Positions 54,727-63,909 of a DNA stretch of 64,000 nucleotides are shown in pieces (position 1 is the stretch's first letter; every line of letters begins with the position of its first letter). Source of the DNA: an uncultured Verrucomicrobiae bacterium (GTDB taxonomy: Bacteria > Verrucomicrobiota > Verrucomicrobiia > Limisphaerales > UBA11358); assembly GCA_963714695.1 (NCBI GenBank), contig CAVQPQ010000003.1, positions 616,866 through 680,865 on the forward strand, read 5' to 3'. The position numbers and the translations under genes were made by a program. The notes below the pieces were generated by a model. That model searched no databases, was not told where the DNA came from, and saw only the letters and a program-made list of their open reading frames with translations.

Positions 54727-56373
54727 ATGGCAACCATCCATTTACTTCAAAAAAAAGGCCTGCTCTGGTTTGAATGGATTTTGGCAGTTTGCGCCACCGT
54801 TGCCGCAATTTTGTTGCACGTGATTTTCCTGACGCATGCCGGCGGATTGTGGCGCGACGAGGCCGGTTTTGTCCGACTGGCCACGCTGCCATCTTTGCAC
54901 GACACGTGGGGGATGTTGACGCACGATCATTGTCCCATCCTATTGCCGTCCATCATTCGCGGGTGGTGCGCCCTGGGATGGGGAGAAACGGATTTTGGCC
55001 TGCGCATTTTGGGATTCATCATCGGGCTGCTGCTGCTGGCGGCATTTTGGTCGGCAAGCCGGATTATGCGGCGAGGAGTTCCGTTGCTCCCGCTGGCGCT
55101 GGCCGCCTTGAACGTGACGATCATTCGTTCTGGAGATTCCCTGCGCAGTTATGGTCTCGGTTGCGCGCTGAACGTCCTGACGCTGGCGTTGTTGTGGCGC
55201 GTGGCGCGAAAGCCGACATTTGCCAATGTTGTGCTGGGAGCATTGGCGGCTGTGTGCAGCGTTCAATGTCTTTACCAGAATGCATTTTTTGTGCTGGCAG
55301 CCTGCTCCGGCGGCATCGTGGTTTGTGCCAGGGGCCACCGTTGGCGTGACACGCTTTGGCTTCTGGGCCTCGGGTTGCTGGCTGCCGCATCGCTGGTTCC
55401 CTACGTCCCAAACATTCTTAAGGCTCAGGAATGGTATGTGCTCGAAAAAGCCGGCTTTGACTTTTCGATGGGCTGGAAAAATTTTTCAACCGCTGTGGGT
55501 TTCCAATTGCCAGGACTCAATTGGCTGTGGCTGGCCCTGTGTCTGTCAGCGATGGGGATGTCCTTACCGGTTGCTTCGCCACGCGCCCAGCCGGTTTCAG
55601 ACAGTGCCCACCGGGATTTGATCTTGTTTGGCGCAGTGGCGCTGGTTGTGGGAGTGGCAAGTTTCATCATTTTCCTCAAGCTGGCCGATCTTCCGACGCA
55701 ACCATGGTATTACTTGCCACTGATGGTGTTTGTTGCGATGTGCCTTGATGCCATTTTGCCGGGGTGCCACCACTGGGCGCGGCTTGCGGTGACCGCGTTG
55801 GCAACGGTTGCAACCATCGCATCCCTTCTGTTTGGAACCCCTGCGCTAGAGTGCCGCCAGACCAATGTGGATATCATCGCTTCGCGCCTGATCAAAGAGG
55901 CGGCGCCCAATGATTACATCATTGTTCATCCATGGTACTTCGGTGTCAGTTTCGAGCGCTACTACCAGGGGGCCGCGCCTTGGAACACACTGCCACCACT
56001 GGAAGACCACGGCCTGCACCGCTACAACCTGGTCAAAGCCAAAATGCAGATGGAAAATCCCATTCAGCCGGTATTGGATAAAATCGCTTTGACACTTCAA
56101 TCCGGCAATCGCGTTTGGGTCATCGGTTTTATCCCCATCTCCCACACGCCGCCGCCGGATCTAAACCCCGCGCCGAACAACCCTTGGAGCTGGTATGATG
56201 AATCATACTCACAGATATGGGGCGCCAAAGTCGGTTACTTTATTGCCAGTCACGCAAGCCAGGGCGCGGTGGTCACCATTCCTTCCGGCCGTTGTGTGAG
56301 TGCAGATGAAGATTTGCCAGTCGTGTTGATCGCCGGCTGGCAGTCCCCGTCATCGTCAATCCCCTCGCAATGA
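54727..56373 (+). CDS. Polytopic membrane protein, possibly GT-C-like
   Basis: ~11 hydrophobic segments followed by a soluble C-terminal domain. An alternative GTG start at 54706 overlaps the guaA stop. Confidence 0.55.
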   Translation: MATIHLLQKKGLLWFEWILAVCATVAAILLHVIFLTHAGGLWRDEAGFVRLATLPSLHDTWGMLTHDHCPILLPSIIRGWCALGWGETDFGLRILGFIIGLLLLAAFWSASRIMRRGVPLLPLALAALNVTIIRSGDSLRSYGLGCALNVLTLALLWRVARKPTFANVVLGALAAVCSVQCLYQNAFFVLAACSGGIVVCARGHRWRDTLWLLGLGLLAAASLVPYVPNILKAQEWYVLEKAGFDFSMGWKNFSTAVGFQLPGLNWLWLALCLSAMGMSLPVASPRAQPVSDSAHRDLILFGAVALVVGVASFIIFLKLADLPTQPWYYLPLMVFVAMCLDAILPGCHHWARLAVTALATVATIASLLFGTPALECRQTNVDIIASRLIKEAAPNDYIIVHPWYFGVSFERYYQGAAPWNTLPPLEDHGLHRYNLVKAKMQMENPIQPVLDKIALTLQSGNRVWVIGFIPISHTPPPDLNPAPNNPWSWYDESYSQIWGAKVGYFIASHASQGAVVTIPSGRCVSADEDLPVVLIAGWQSPSSSIPSQ

Positions 56374-56525
56374 AACCGCCTCCAGCACACGCTTCGTCGA
56401 GTTGTGCCCCGCCTCACCCGCCAGCCGACGGGAATGATTAAGCGGGAATAACCGGGCGCGATTTTTTTCTGGTTTGCCGGGCGGCGTGGGTTTAATCTGG
56501 GCACACAGTCAACCTATGCCGGCTT

Positions 56526-57038
56526 ATGGATATTGTTTTTAATTGCCCCCATTGCGAACAGGAACTGGCCGTGGACAACTCCGGCGCGGGCTCGGAAATC
56601 CAGTGCCCGTCGTGCGGAGAGAAAATCATGATTCCGGCGGAACCCGCGCCGCCCGCTCTGGAATCCGCTCCGCAGGCACACGCCGGCATGGGCCATCAGG
56701 CCGGCCACAGCATAGCCTCCTCCGCCGCCGCCAAAATCGAGATGCATCTCAAGGTGCCTGTGCGCGACAAGCCGGGTGAAGTGCTTATTGCCAAACCGAA
56801 ACCGCCGTTGGAGGCGGTGGTCAGGGGCGCCGGTAAAAAAATCCGGGTTCGGACGATTCGCCATTCCCAATGCATCGAAGCGGGCCACGACAAGTTTGAC
56901 GAGAAAGTCACGGAATTTTTGAATGAAATCGGCGAGACCAATCTCATTGTCGCCCACACCATCAGTTACACGCACTTCAACGTCGGCACACAAAAGATCC
57001 TGACGGATTATGGCCTGATGATATTGTATCGGGGATGA
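56526..57038 (+). CDS. Zinc-ribbon protein, hypothetical
   Basis: FNCPHCEQELAV...IQCPSCGEKIMIP. Confidence 0.5.
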   Translation: MDIVFNCPHCEQELAVDNSGAGSEIQCPSCGEKIMIPAEPAPPALESAPQAHAGMGHQAGHSIASSAAAKIEMHLKVPVRDKPGEVLIAKPKPPLEAVVRGAGKKIRVRTIRHSQCIEAGHDKFDEKVTEFLNEIGETNLIVAHTISYTHFNVGTQKILTDYGLMILYRG

Positions 57039-57089
57039 TTCTGCCGGCACCGCCTTGACTTGCCGATTGGGGGTCGTTACTGTCGCTGC

Positions 57090-58079
57090 ATGAACCGCCG
57101 GTTTGGTTTGTTGCTTGTAGGCATTGCGTGCATGGTGCTGTTTCCGTTTCGCGCGCCCGCGCCGTTGTTATACGTCCCGGGTGAAGGCTGGTATTACGAG
57201 CCGTATGGCCAGAATGTCAAATGGCAGCGCGCCCGCGCCAAGGACCAATTGGACGTTGCGGAACAGGCCTTCAACAAGAAAGACTACGCCACCGCGCTCC
57301 ATGCCGCGCACCGCGTTTTGCGCGTGTGGCCGTTGTCGGACTACGCGCCGGACGCGGAATATTTCATCGGCCGTTGCCTGGAGGCGAAGGGCAACGATGA
57401 GGCCGCGTTCAAGGCCTACCAAAACATCATTGAAAAATATCCGCGCAGCAGCCGCTATGAAGACGTGATCTGGCGGCAGTATGAAATCGCCAACCGTTTC
57501 CTCGGCGGCGAATGGTTCAGAATCTGGGGCACCATTCCGCTTTACTCCTCGATGGATCAAACCGCCGAAATGTTCGGCAAAATCGTCAACAACGGCCCTT
57601 ACAGCGACGTCGCCCCGCACGCGCAATTGCGCGCCGGTGCCGCGCGCGAAAAGCAGAAAAATTATCCCGACGCGGTAAAGGCTTACGAAACCGCCGCCGA
57701 CCGTTACCACGACCAGCCGGCCATCGCCGCCGACGCATTGTTCCGTGAAGGCGTTTCGTATGCGCGACAGGCGGCAACGGCTGAATACGATCAAAACACC
57801 GCCGCGCAGGCGATTGCGTCGTTCACCGATTTCATGACGCTTTTTCCCGGCGACCAGCGCGTGCCGGAGGCGCAAAAATCCATTGCCGTGCTTAAGGCCG
57901 AACAGGTGCACGGCAACTTTCAAATTGCGCAATTCTACGAAAAGAGCAAAAAATGGAATGGCGCGCTGGTTTATTACAACGAAGTGTTGCAACTGGATCC
58001 GAATTCGCCCTACGCCGCGTCCGCGCGCCAGCGCATTGAATCCCTAAAACCCCACATTCAAGCGGCAACCGCCAACTGA
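57090..58079 (+). CDS. TPR lipoprotein resembling outer membrane assembly factor BamD
   Basis: Signal-like N-terminus. AEQAFNKKDYATALHAAHRVLRVWPLSDYAPDAEYFIGRCLEAKG and further TPR-like repeats. Confidence 0.65.
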   Translation: MNRRFGLLLVGIACMVLFPFRAPAPLLYVPGEGWYYEPYGQNVKWQRARAKDQLDVAEQAFNKKDYATALHAAHRVLRVWPLSDYAPDAEYFIGRCLEAKGNDEAAFKAYQNIIEKYPRSSRYEDVIWRQYEIANRFLGGEWFRIWGTIPLYSSMDQTAEMFGKIVNNGPYSDVAPHAQLRAGAAREKQKNYPDAVKAYETAADRYHDQPAIAADALFREGVSYARQAATAEYDQNTAAQAIASFTDFMTLFPGDQRVPEAQKSIAVLKAEQVHGNFQIAQFYEKSKKWNGALVYYNEVLQLDPNSPYAASARQRIESLKPHIQAATAN

Positions 58080-58082
58080 TCT

Positions 58083-58595
58083 ATGCGCCTGCCGGGAATG
58101 ATTGCCATTGGCGCGGCGGCGGGGTTGCTCGCCGGATGCGCCGGTTATCACCTCGGTCCGGTTAATGGCGCCATCGCCGGCGAAAAGTCGATTGAAGTTT
58201 TGCCGTTCAACAACCAGACCCTGCAACCGCGGCTCGGCGACGCGGTGACGCAGGCGCTGCGCGAACAGCTCCAGACCGACGGCACCTACCACCTCGCCAC
58301 GCACAGCGGCGGCAACATTGTCGTCAGCGGCGTGATTACGCACTACAATCGTGAAGGGTTGGGCTATTTGAGCAACAACGTCGCAACGACGGAGGATTAC
58401 CGGATTGGCATCGTAGCCCACGTCACTGCGCACGAACTCGCCACGGGTAAAGTGGTGTTCGAGAAAGACGTGAAAGGTTACACCCTGGTTCAGGTGGGCA
58501 CGGATTTGGCGGACGCGGAACGCCAATCAGTGCCGCTGCTGGCGGAGGACTTGGCGCGCAACATCACGGAATTGCTGGCCGAAGGCGCGTGGTGA
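58083..58595 (+). CDS. LptE-like lipoprotein
   Basis: Lipobox LLAGCAGYHLG followed by a small alpha/beta domain pattern. It starts 3 nt after the upstream stop. Confidence 0.55.
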   Translation: MRLPGMIAIGAAAGLLAGCAGYHLGPVNGAIAGEKSIEVLPFNNQTLQPRLGDAVTQALREQLQTDGTYHLATHSGGNIVVSGVITHYNREGLGYLSNNVATTEDYRIGIVAHVTAHELATGKVVFEKDVKGYTLVQVGTDLADAERQSVPLLAEDLARNITELLAEGAW

Positions 58596-58676
58596 AAACA
58601 GTTGAATCGGTTGAAATTGATTCTTATGCTGTTTTGTCTTTTGTAACGAACAACCGAAAATAAATCATCAACCATT

Positions 58677-59063
58677 ATGACCAAGAACATCTCCAAATTC
58701 ACAGTCCTGGGCCTGCTTGCCGCGGCTCTTGTCGCAATGCCAGTGTTGTCCCGCGCGGACGGCACAAACGCGCCGGCGGCGTCCGACCAATCCACACCGG
58801 CCAAGCCCAAGAAAGCCAGCCTGCCCTTCCATGGCAACCTGAACGCGGTGGACACGAACGCGAAGACGCTTTCCGTGGGTACGCTGATGTTGCAAATCAC
58901 ATCCGTCACCAAGATCACCCTGGACGGGCAGCCGGCCACCCTGTCGGATGGCGTGGTGGGAGAACCGGTCAGTGGCACTTACATCAAGCTTGACAATGGC
59001 AAGCTCAACGCGCTCTCCGTGCGTTTCGAAGGCAAAGTCAAAAAGACAACCAACAACTCGTAA
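58677..59063 (+). CDS. Secreted hypothetical protein
   Basis: Signal peptide LLAAALVAMPVLSRA. 128 aa. Confidence 0.5.
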   Translation: MTKNISKFTVLGLLAAALVAMPVLSRADGTNAPAASDQSTPAKPKKASLPFHGNLNAVDTNAKTLSVGTLMLQITSVTKITLDGQPATLSDGVVGEPVSGTYIKLDNGKLNALSVRFEGKVKKTTNNS

Positions 59064-59086
59064 TCAGCAGGATTTTTTGAAGCTTG

Positions 59087-59113
59087 AAGGCGGGCGGCAA
59101 CGTCCGCCTTTTT
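59087..59113 (+). terminator. Rho-independent terminator
   Basis: AAGGCGG-gcggcaacgt-CCGCCTT followed by TTT. Confidence 0.65.
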
Positions 59114-59210
59114 CATTGCCAGACATCCGCTAAAAACACTAAAAACAGCAATAGAATCAATTCTTTAGTGAGTTTTAAGACTTCCAGAAAAGCGCCAGTG
59201 CTAAAGCCTA

Positions 59211-60210
59211 GAGCAGATTAAATAAAACTGTAGCCATAATGCCTGGGGTGTGGCAGACTGGGGGCATGAAAACCATCTCCTTGGATTTGCGGGAACGGAT
59301 TCTGGCCACTTACGATGCCGATGAGGGCACCCGTGAGGAGGAGGCCCGCCGTTACCGGGTTTCGTTGGGCCTGGTCAAGAAGCTCCTCCAACAGCGCCGC
59401 CGCCTTGGCGACATCCGCCCCCAACATCACCGCTCTGGCTGCAAACCCCGCATTGTCGCCAGCCATCAACACCAGTTGCGGACGCTGTTGGCTAAACAGC
59501 CCGACCTGACCCTCAAGGAACTGCGTGCCGCCACGGGTCTGGCCTGCACCCTGCCGGCCATCCACTACGTCCTGATCCGGCTGGGACTGACATATAAAAA
59601 AAGACGCTCCGGGCTTGTGAGCAAGACCGTCCCGACATCCAGCGAGCACGGCGGTCTTGGCGGCGGCAGCAAGCCAGCTTCGCTCCGGCGCGGCTGGTCT
59701 TCCTCGACGAATCGGGCGCGAAAACCAACATGACCCGTCGCTGTGGCCGTGCCCAACGCGGCGAGCGGGTCCACGCCAGCCAGCCCTACGGCCATTGGCA
59801 AACCACCACGATGCTCTCTTCCATCCGGCTGGATGGTTCCACCGCCTGTATGACGATTGAAGGGGCCACGGACACGGAAGTGTTCCAGAGCTATGTGCGG
59901 GAGCTGTTGTGCCCAACGCTACATCCGGGCAACGTGGTCGTGATGGACAACCTTTCGCCCCACAAGCACGCCCCCACCTTGCGATTGATCGAACAGACCG
60001 GGGCGGCGGTCCGGTTCCTGCCGGCCTATTCGCCGGATTTGAACCCGGTTGAGAAAATGTGGAGCAAGGTGAAGCAGTTCTTGCGAAGTGCGCAGGCGCG
60101 CACTGGGAAGGAACTCCAGACGGCCATCGCCGCCGTCTTGGCCTGCGTCACCGCCCAAGACGCCATGAACTGGTTCGCTTCGTGTGGCTACAGTTTCATT
60201 TAATCTGCTC
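59211..60210 (+). mobile_element. IS630-family insertion sequence, apparently intact
   Basis: Terminal inverted repeats: gagcagattaaataaaactgtagcca (left) and tggctacagtttcatttaatctgctc (right), with one mismatch. TA flanks both ends (59209-59210 and 60211-60212). Confidence 0.9.
59266..60203 (+). CDS. IS630-family DDE transposase, two frames joined by a putative -1 frameshift at A7 (59596-59602)
   Basis: Frame 1: MKTISLDLRERI...LTYKK. Frame 0 continues KKTLRACEQDRPDIQRARRSW...LVFLDESGAKTNM...VVVMDNLSPH...PDLNPVEKMW. There are 34 residues between the second D and the E. Confidence 0.8.
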
Positions 60211-60296
60211 TAGTGCTAAAAAGTCCACGCATTTCAGAGACGTTTAAGGGTAATTATATACTTGACTCACCATAGGCTTTGTGCGATATTTGGGGT

Positions 60297-61271
60297 ATGA
60301 AAAACGACAACAAGTTCCCCGAAACACTGACAGGCGCAATCAAATACTTTGCGGACGCTGACAGGGCGTTGCAGTTCATGGTTTCGATTCGCTGGCCCGA
60401 CGGCAACGCAACCTGCCCTTGCTGCAATTCCACCAAGGCGACTTTCCTTGCCACGCGCAAAGTTTGGAAGTGCCGCGATTGCGGCAAACAGTTTTCCGTC
60501 AAGGCCGGAACGATTTTTGAGGACAGCGCCCTTGGCTTTGATAAATGGCTTCCCGCTTTCTGGATGATTGTGAACGCCAAAAACGGAATCAGTTCGTGCG
60601 AGCTTGCCCGCGCTTTGGGCGTCACCCAAAAGACCGCTTGGTTCATGCTTCACCGCATCCGGCTGGCCATGCAAAACGGCGGCATTGAAAAACTTTCGGG
60701 CGAAGTTGAAGCTGACGAAACTTATATCGGCGGCAAAGTTCGCAGCATGAACAACCAGCAGAAATGCAAACGCGGTCGCGGCACTGGTGGCTCTGGCAAA
60801 GAGATTGTCATGGGACTTTTGGAGCGCGGCGGCAAAATCAAATTGAAGCACGTTGCGAATGCCAAACGCTACACCGTTCAAGCCGAAGTCCGTCAGAATG
60901 TCGAAGCCGGTTCGCAAGTGTTCACCGATGCGTTGCGCTCTTACAACGGATTGAATCAGGATTACGTTCATCAAGCCATTGACCATGCGCGGGAATATGT
61001 TCGCGGCAACGTCCACACCAACGGGCTTGAAAACTTTTGGAGCCTGCTCAAGCGCGGGATTCGCGGGACATATATCAGCGTTGAACCTTTTCATTTGTTT
61101 CGTTATCTGGATGAGCAAGCGTTCCGTTTTAATGAGCGCGAAAACACTGACTCTGGCAGATTCCTAAAGGGCATCATCGGCATCATCGGAAAGCGGTTGC
61201 AATATGCGAAACTCATAGGCGCACAAGGCAGTAATGGTTTTACGACGCCAGAATCGTGGCAAGCGGCGTAA
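60297..61271 (+). CDS. IS1595-family (ISXO2-like) transposase
   Basis: N-terminal zinc ribbon CPCCNSTK...WKCRDCGKQFS. GEVEADETYIGGK...VFTDALRSYNGL...TNGLENFWSLLKRGIRGTY. The element ends were not identified. Confidence 0.85.
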   Translation: MKNDNKFPETLTGAIKYFADADRALQFMVSIRWPDGNATCPCCNSTKATFLATRKVWKCRDCGKQFSVKAGTIFEDSALGFDKWLPAFWMIVNAKNGISSCELARALGVTQKTAWFMLHRIRLAMQNGGIEKLSGEVEADETYIGGKVRSMNNQQKCKRGRGTGGSGKEIVMGLLERGGKIKLKHVANAKRYTVQAEVRQNVEAGSQVFTDALRSYNGLNQDYVHQAIDHAREYVRGNVHTNGLENFWSLLKRGIRGTYISVEPFHLFRYLDEQAFRFNERENTDSGRFLKGIIGIIGKRLQYAKLIGAQGSNGFTTPESWQAA

Positions 61272-61272
61272 A

Positions 61273-61419
61273 TCATAGGCTTTTCCGCTTCTCTTTTCTG
61301 ACCTTTTTGTATGCCTGTTCGCGCCGATCAATCTCTGCTTTCGGCACGGAGACGATTTTCTTTGTGAACTGCCGGAATTTCTCAAACGGTGTTTCGGATG
61401 CTGGATGTTTTTCGGCCAT
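61273..61419 (-). CDS. Possible 48-aa basic protein (not in the ORF track)
   Basis: MAEKHPASETPFEKFRQFTKKIVSVPKAEIDRREQAYKKVRKEKRKSL. No homology claim. Confidence 0.25.
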   Translation of the reverse strand: MAEKHPASETPFEKFRQFTKKIVSVPKAEIDRREQAYKKVRKEKRKSL

Positions 61420-61508
61420 ATTATTTTTTTGCTATTTTAGGGAAACTGGCCGCCAATGCCAACCACATGCTTTTCCCCGCCTTTTTGTTTTTCCCTTGTG
61501 GCTTTGAA

Positions 61509-61643
61509 ATGCCAACCGCCAATCGCTGCATAAAGTCGCGCACACGATTGAAAAGTCCAATCATCCCCGTCTCAAAAGGTGGCAGCAACACCGCTCGCAA
61601 CATCGAACTTCTTTGTGAAACCTGCAGTCGTTCAAAAAGTGCT
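61509..61643 (+). pseudogene. HNH endonuclease remnant
   Basis: SPIIPVSKGGSNTARNIELLCETCSRSK resembles DHIIPxSKGG...N.xLLCxxCNxxK. The catalytic DH is missing, and there is no full-length ORF. Confidence 0.4.
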
Positions 61644-62136
61644 TCATCCCAGTTGGGCTGTTGCGTTCGCCAAAGCCTCCGGGCGGTTTTAATGTCAGGC
61701 CGATCTTGCTCGGCGGCGCGCGTCGTTTTTTTTATAGCTCAGACCGAGTTGTTCCAGACGGTGCCACAAAGCGGTGATGCCAATGGAAACTTTCAGGTCC
61801 TCCAGACACCGTTTTTGGAGTTCGCTCAAGGTCAGATCCGCCTGCGCCCCAATCCAACGGCGTAGGGTTCGGTCATGCTTTTCCAGGCGGGAGTGCCGGT
61901 AACCGCCGATCTGTTTGGGCCGGCACTCGCCGGTCAGACGGTGCTGCTTCCAAAAACGCTCCACGCTTTTGCGGCTGACGCCAAAACGCCGGCAAACGTC
62001 GCCGGTGCCTGCCCCGCGCTCCCGCGCGGCGATAATCCGCTGTCGCAAATCCTGACTCAAAGGACGCATAATTCCCTTTTCATAAAAAGAGAATAGCAGG
62101 AGATACCGAATACGTCTATTTAAATAGAAAATGCTC
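61620..62136 (-). mobile_element. Truncated IS630-family element (HTH part only)
   Basis: ORF 61695-62069 (MRPLSQDLRQRIIAARERG...LSYKKN) ends at an A8 run. The -1 frame continues KKTTRAAEQDRPDIKTARRLW, then homology is lost. The terminal IR gagcattttctatttaaatagac follows a TA at 62137-62138. Confidence 0.7.
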
Positions 62137-62346
62137 TAGCAACTTTCAAACTGAACAAGCCGCCGCCGTCCTCGTCCTCGTTTATTGATGTAGCGTCGGC
62201 GCTGTGCGCCGATTCGTTCGAGCCACAGGCTCGACACTACAACTTCTACAGCTGTTCTCGTCCTGGTTTATTGAATATGGAAACCAGGAATGCAGGAGTG
62301 AAGCCGGTTCATGGCTTCATGGATTCCTTATTGAACCCAAAGCGGC

Positions 62347-63114
62347 TTATTCAAAGCTCGTGGCCGCGCCGCTCTTGGATTTGATCCATTTGTCGAAGTC
62401 CGCCTGGCTTTCGACGGTGAGGTAGCCGCCGGACATGGCGGAATGGCCGTTGCCGCACAATTGCGCGCAGTTGATCTGGTATTTGCCGATGGTCGTGGGC
62501 GTGAACCAGACCGGAACGCGCAGGCCGGGTATCGCGTCCTGACAAACCCGCATGGCGATGATTTTCAGCGAATGCACCACGTCCTTGGAGCCGAGGTAAA
62601 TGATGACCGGCTTGTTGACGGGCACGTGAATTTCATTGAGCAACTGGATGTTGTCCTTGCTGGCCGGGTCGGCCGGGTCCATGCCGAATACGTTGTCCAG
62701 CGTGACGAACTTCATGTCCTGTTTGCCGAACACGCCGTCCGGACCGGGGTAACGGACATTCCATGCGAATTGTTGCGCAACAACTTGGATGACGGTGGAT
62801 TCGCTTGGCGACGGGAAATGAGCCACCTGACGCGCCCAAAGCGGCCCGGCCACAAATATCAACAGCACGGCCTCGACGCCGGCCACGGCGAGTTCGAGAT
62901 AATTCGAGGCATGACTGCGGACGCCCACGTAATCGGCCTTGGGATTGCGCGAACTGCGAAAACGACGGAGCACGTAGAAGAAATAAATGATCCAGCCGAT
63001 AAACAGCGCCAGCATCAGGCAATGAACGTAAATGATGAGGTCATCAACGCCCTGGCCGTTGGTCGAGGCCAGCGGCGGCAAACCCAGGAATTTTTCACCA
63101 AACCATTGCTTCAT
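62347..63114 (-). CDS. coxB: Cytochrome c oxidase subunit II
   Basis: Two N-terminal TM helices plus a cupredoxin domain with DVVHSLKI and CAQLCGNGHSAM (CuA ligand pattern). Confidence 0.85.
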   Translation of the reverse strand: MKQWFGEKFLGLPPLASTNGQGVDDLIIYVHCLMLALFIGWIIYFFYVLRRFRSSRNPKADYVGVRSHASNYLELAVAGVEAVLLIFVAGPLWARQVAHFPSPSESTVIQVVAQQFAWNVRYPGPDGVFGKQDMKFVTLDNVFGMDPADPASKDNIQLLNEIHVPVNKPVIIYLGSKDVVHSLKIIAMRVCQDAIPGLRVPVWFTPTTIGKYQINCAQLCGNGHSAMSGGYLTVESQADFDKWIKSKSGAATSFE

Positions 63115-63149
63115 AAAATCGGTTTCCCGACATTTTCAGCGGAGTCAAA

Positions 63150-63362
63150 GTTCACGTCCGCCCTCACCCCGGCCCTCTCCCCCGGGGAGAGGGGGCGCCA
63201 AGTTGCGTCGCTGGATAATTCCATCGTTTTTTCGTGCCTTCTCCGTGTCTGTATCCATTGGCAAATGGACATACGATAATACGACGTGATGGCATGTCCA
63301 AAATTCGGCGAACGATTCTCCCTCTCCTGGGGGAGAGGGCCGGGGTGAGGGCGGATGTGGTC
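63150..63362. repeat. Pair of inverted GGGGAGAGGG-type hairpin elements
   Basis: cacgtccgccctcaccccggccctctcccccggggagaggg and the reverse complement of ccctctcctgggggagagggccggggtgagggcggatgtgg are near-identical. Confidence 0.7.
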
Positions 63363-63439
63363 ACTGATTTCATGATCACATCTGAAGAAACCTGTTTCAT
63401 ATCCTGTCAACCATTGAGAATGTTGAGAAACCATAAAAA

Positions 63440-63703
63440 TTACTCGACTGGCTTGGATGGCGTCGCCTCACCGTCATCCGGCGGAGTCCGGCGCGCGACG
63501 TGAACGAAGAAAACGACGACGCAGATCAACACGGAGAGAACGAAACCGAGCAAGGTGACGATGCCCCAGTTCATGCCCACCGCCAGCGGCGAATCAGTTC
63601 TGCCGGTGCAGGCCGCGCAGGCCAGCAACGATGACGGCACGATGGCGATTGCGCCAGCGAAGGCGGCGAGAGTGGCCTTCAAAAGTTTGCGAAACGATTT
63701 CAT
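63440..63703 (-). CDS. Small membrane protein (two TM segments)
   Basis: Start at MKSFRKLLKATLAAFAGAIAIV, overlapping the upstream stop as ATGA. Confidence 0.45.
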   Translation of the reverse strand: MKSFRKLLKATLAAFAGAIAIVPSSLLACAACTGRTDSPLAVGMNWGIVTLLGFVLSVLICVVVFFVHVARRTPPDDGEATPSKPVE

Positions 63704-63909
63704 AAGTAGCTCACGTTTTTGAGTTTTTTCAGAAAATACCGGCCATAAAAAATCAGCGCGACCGCCCCAATCAGCGAACTGACGCCGAAGAACACGTCCT
63801 TTTTCATCCCGCCGGCGGAAAGGCTGCTGACCAGCAGCCACACGCCGCACCCCAGTGCCAGTCCGCTGGAAAGGGTGATGAAAACGATATGGAAGGCTTT
63901 AAGGGACAT
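63700..63909 (-). CDS. Small membrane protein (two TM segments)
   Basis: MSLKAFHIVFITLSSGLALGCGVWLLV...IGAVALIFYGRYFL. It overlaps the upstream gene end. Confidence 0.5.
   Translation of the reverse strand: MSLKAFHIVFITLSSGLALGCGVWLLVSSLSAGGMKKDVFFGVSSLIGAVALIFYGRYFLKKLKNVSYL

Noticed and set aside
60268-61282. Direct repeat CATAGGCTTT on both sides of the IS1595 transposase gene, considered as a possible target-site duplication
   Set aside because: No inverted repeats are found adjacent to these copies. The left copy would also lie inside the putative promoter. It is judged coincidental, and the element boundaries are left undefined.
61421-61603. 60-aa minus-strand ORF downstream of the truncated IS630 reading frame
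   Set aside because: It has no transposase similarity beyond the first residues after the frameshift site. The opposite strand carries an HNH-like motif, so it is probably non-coding debris.
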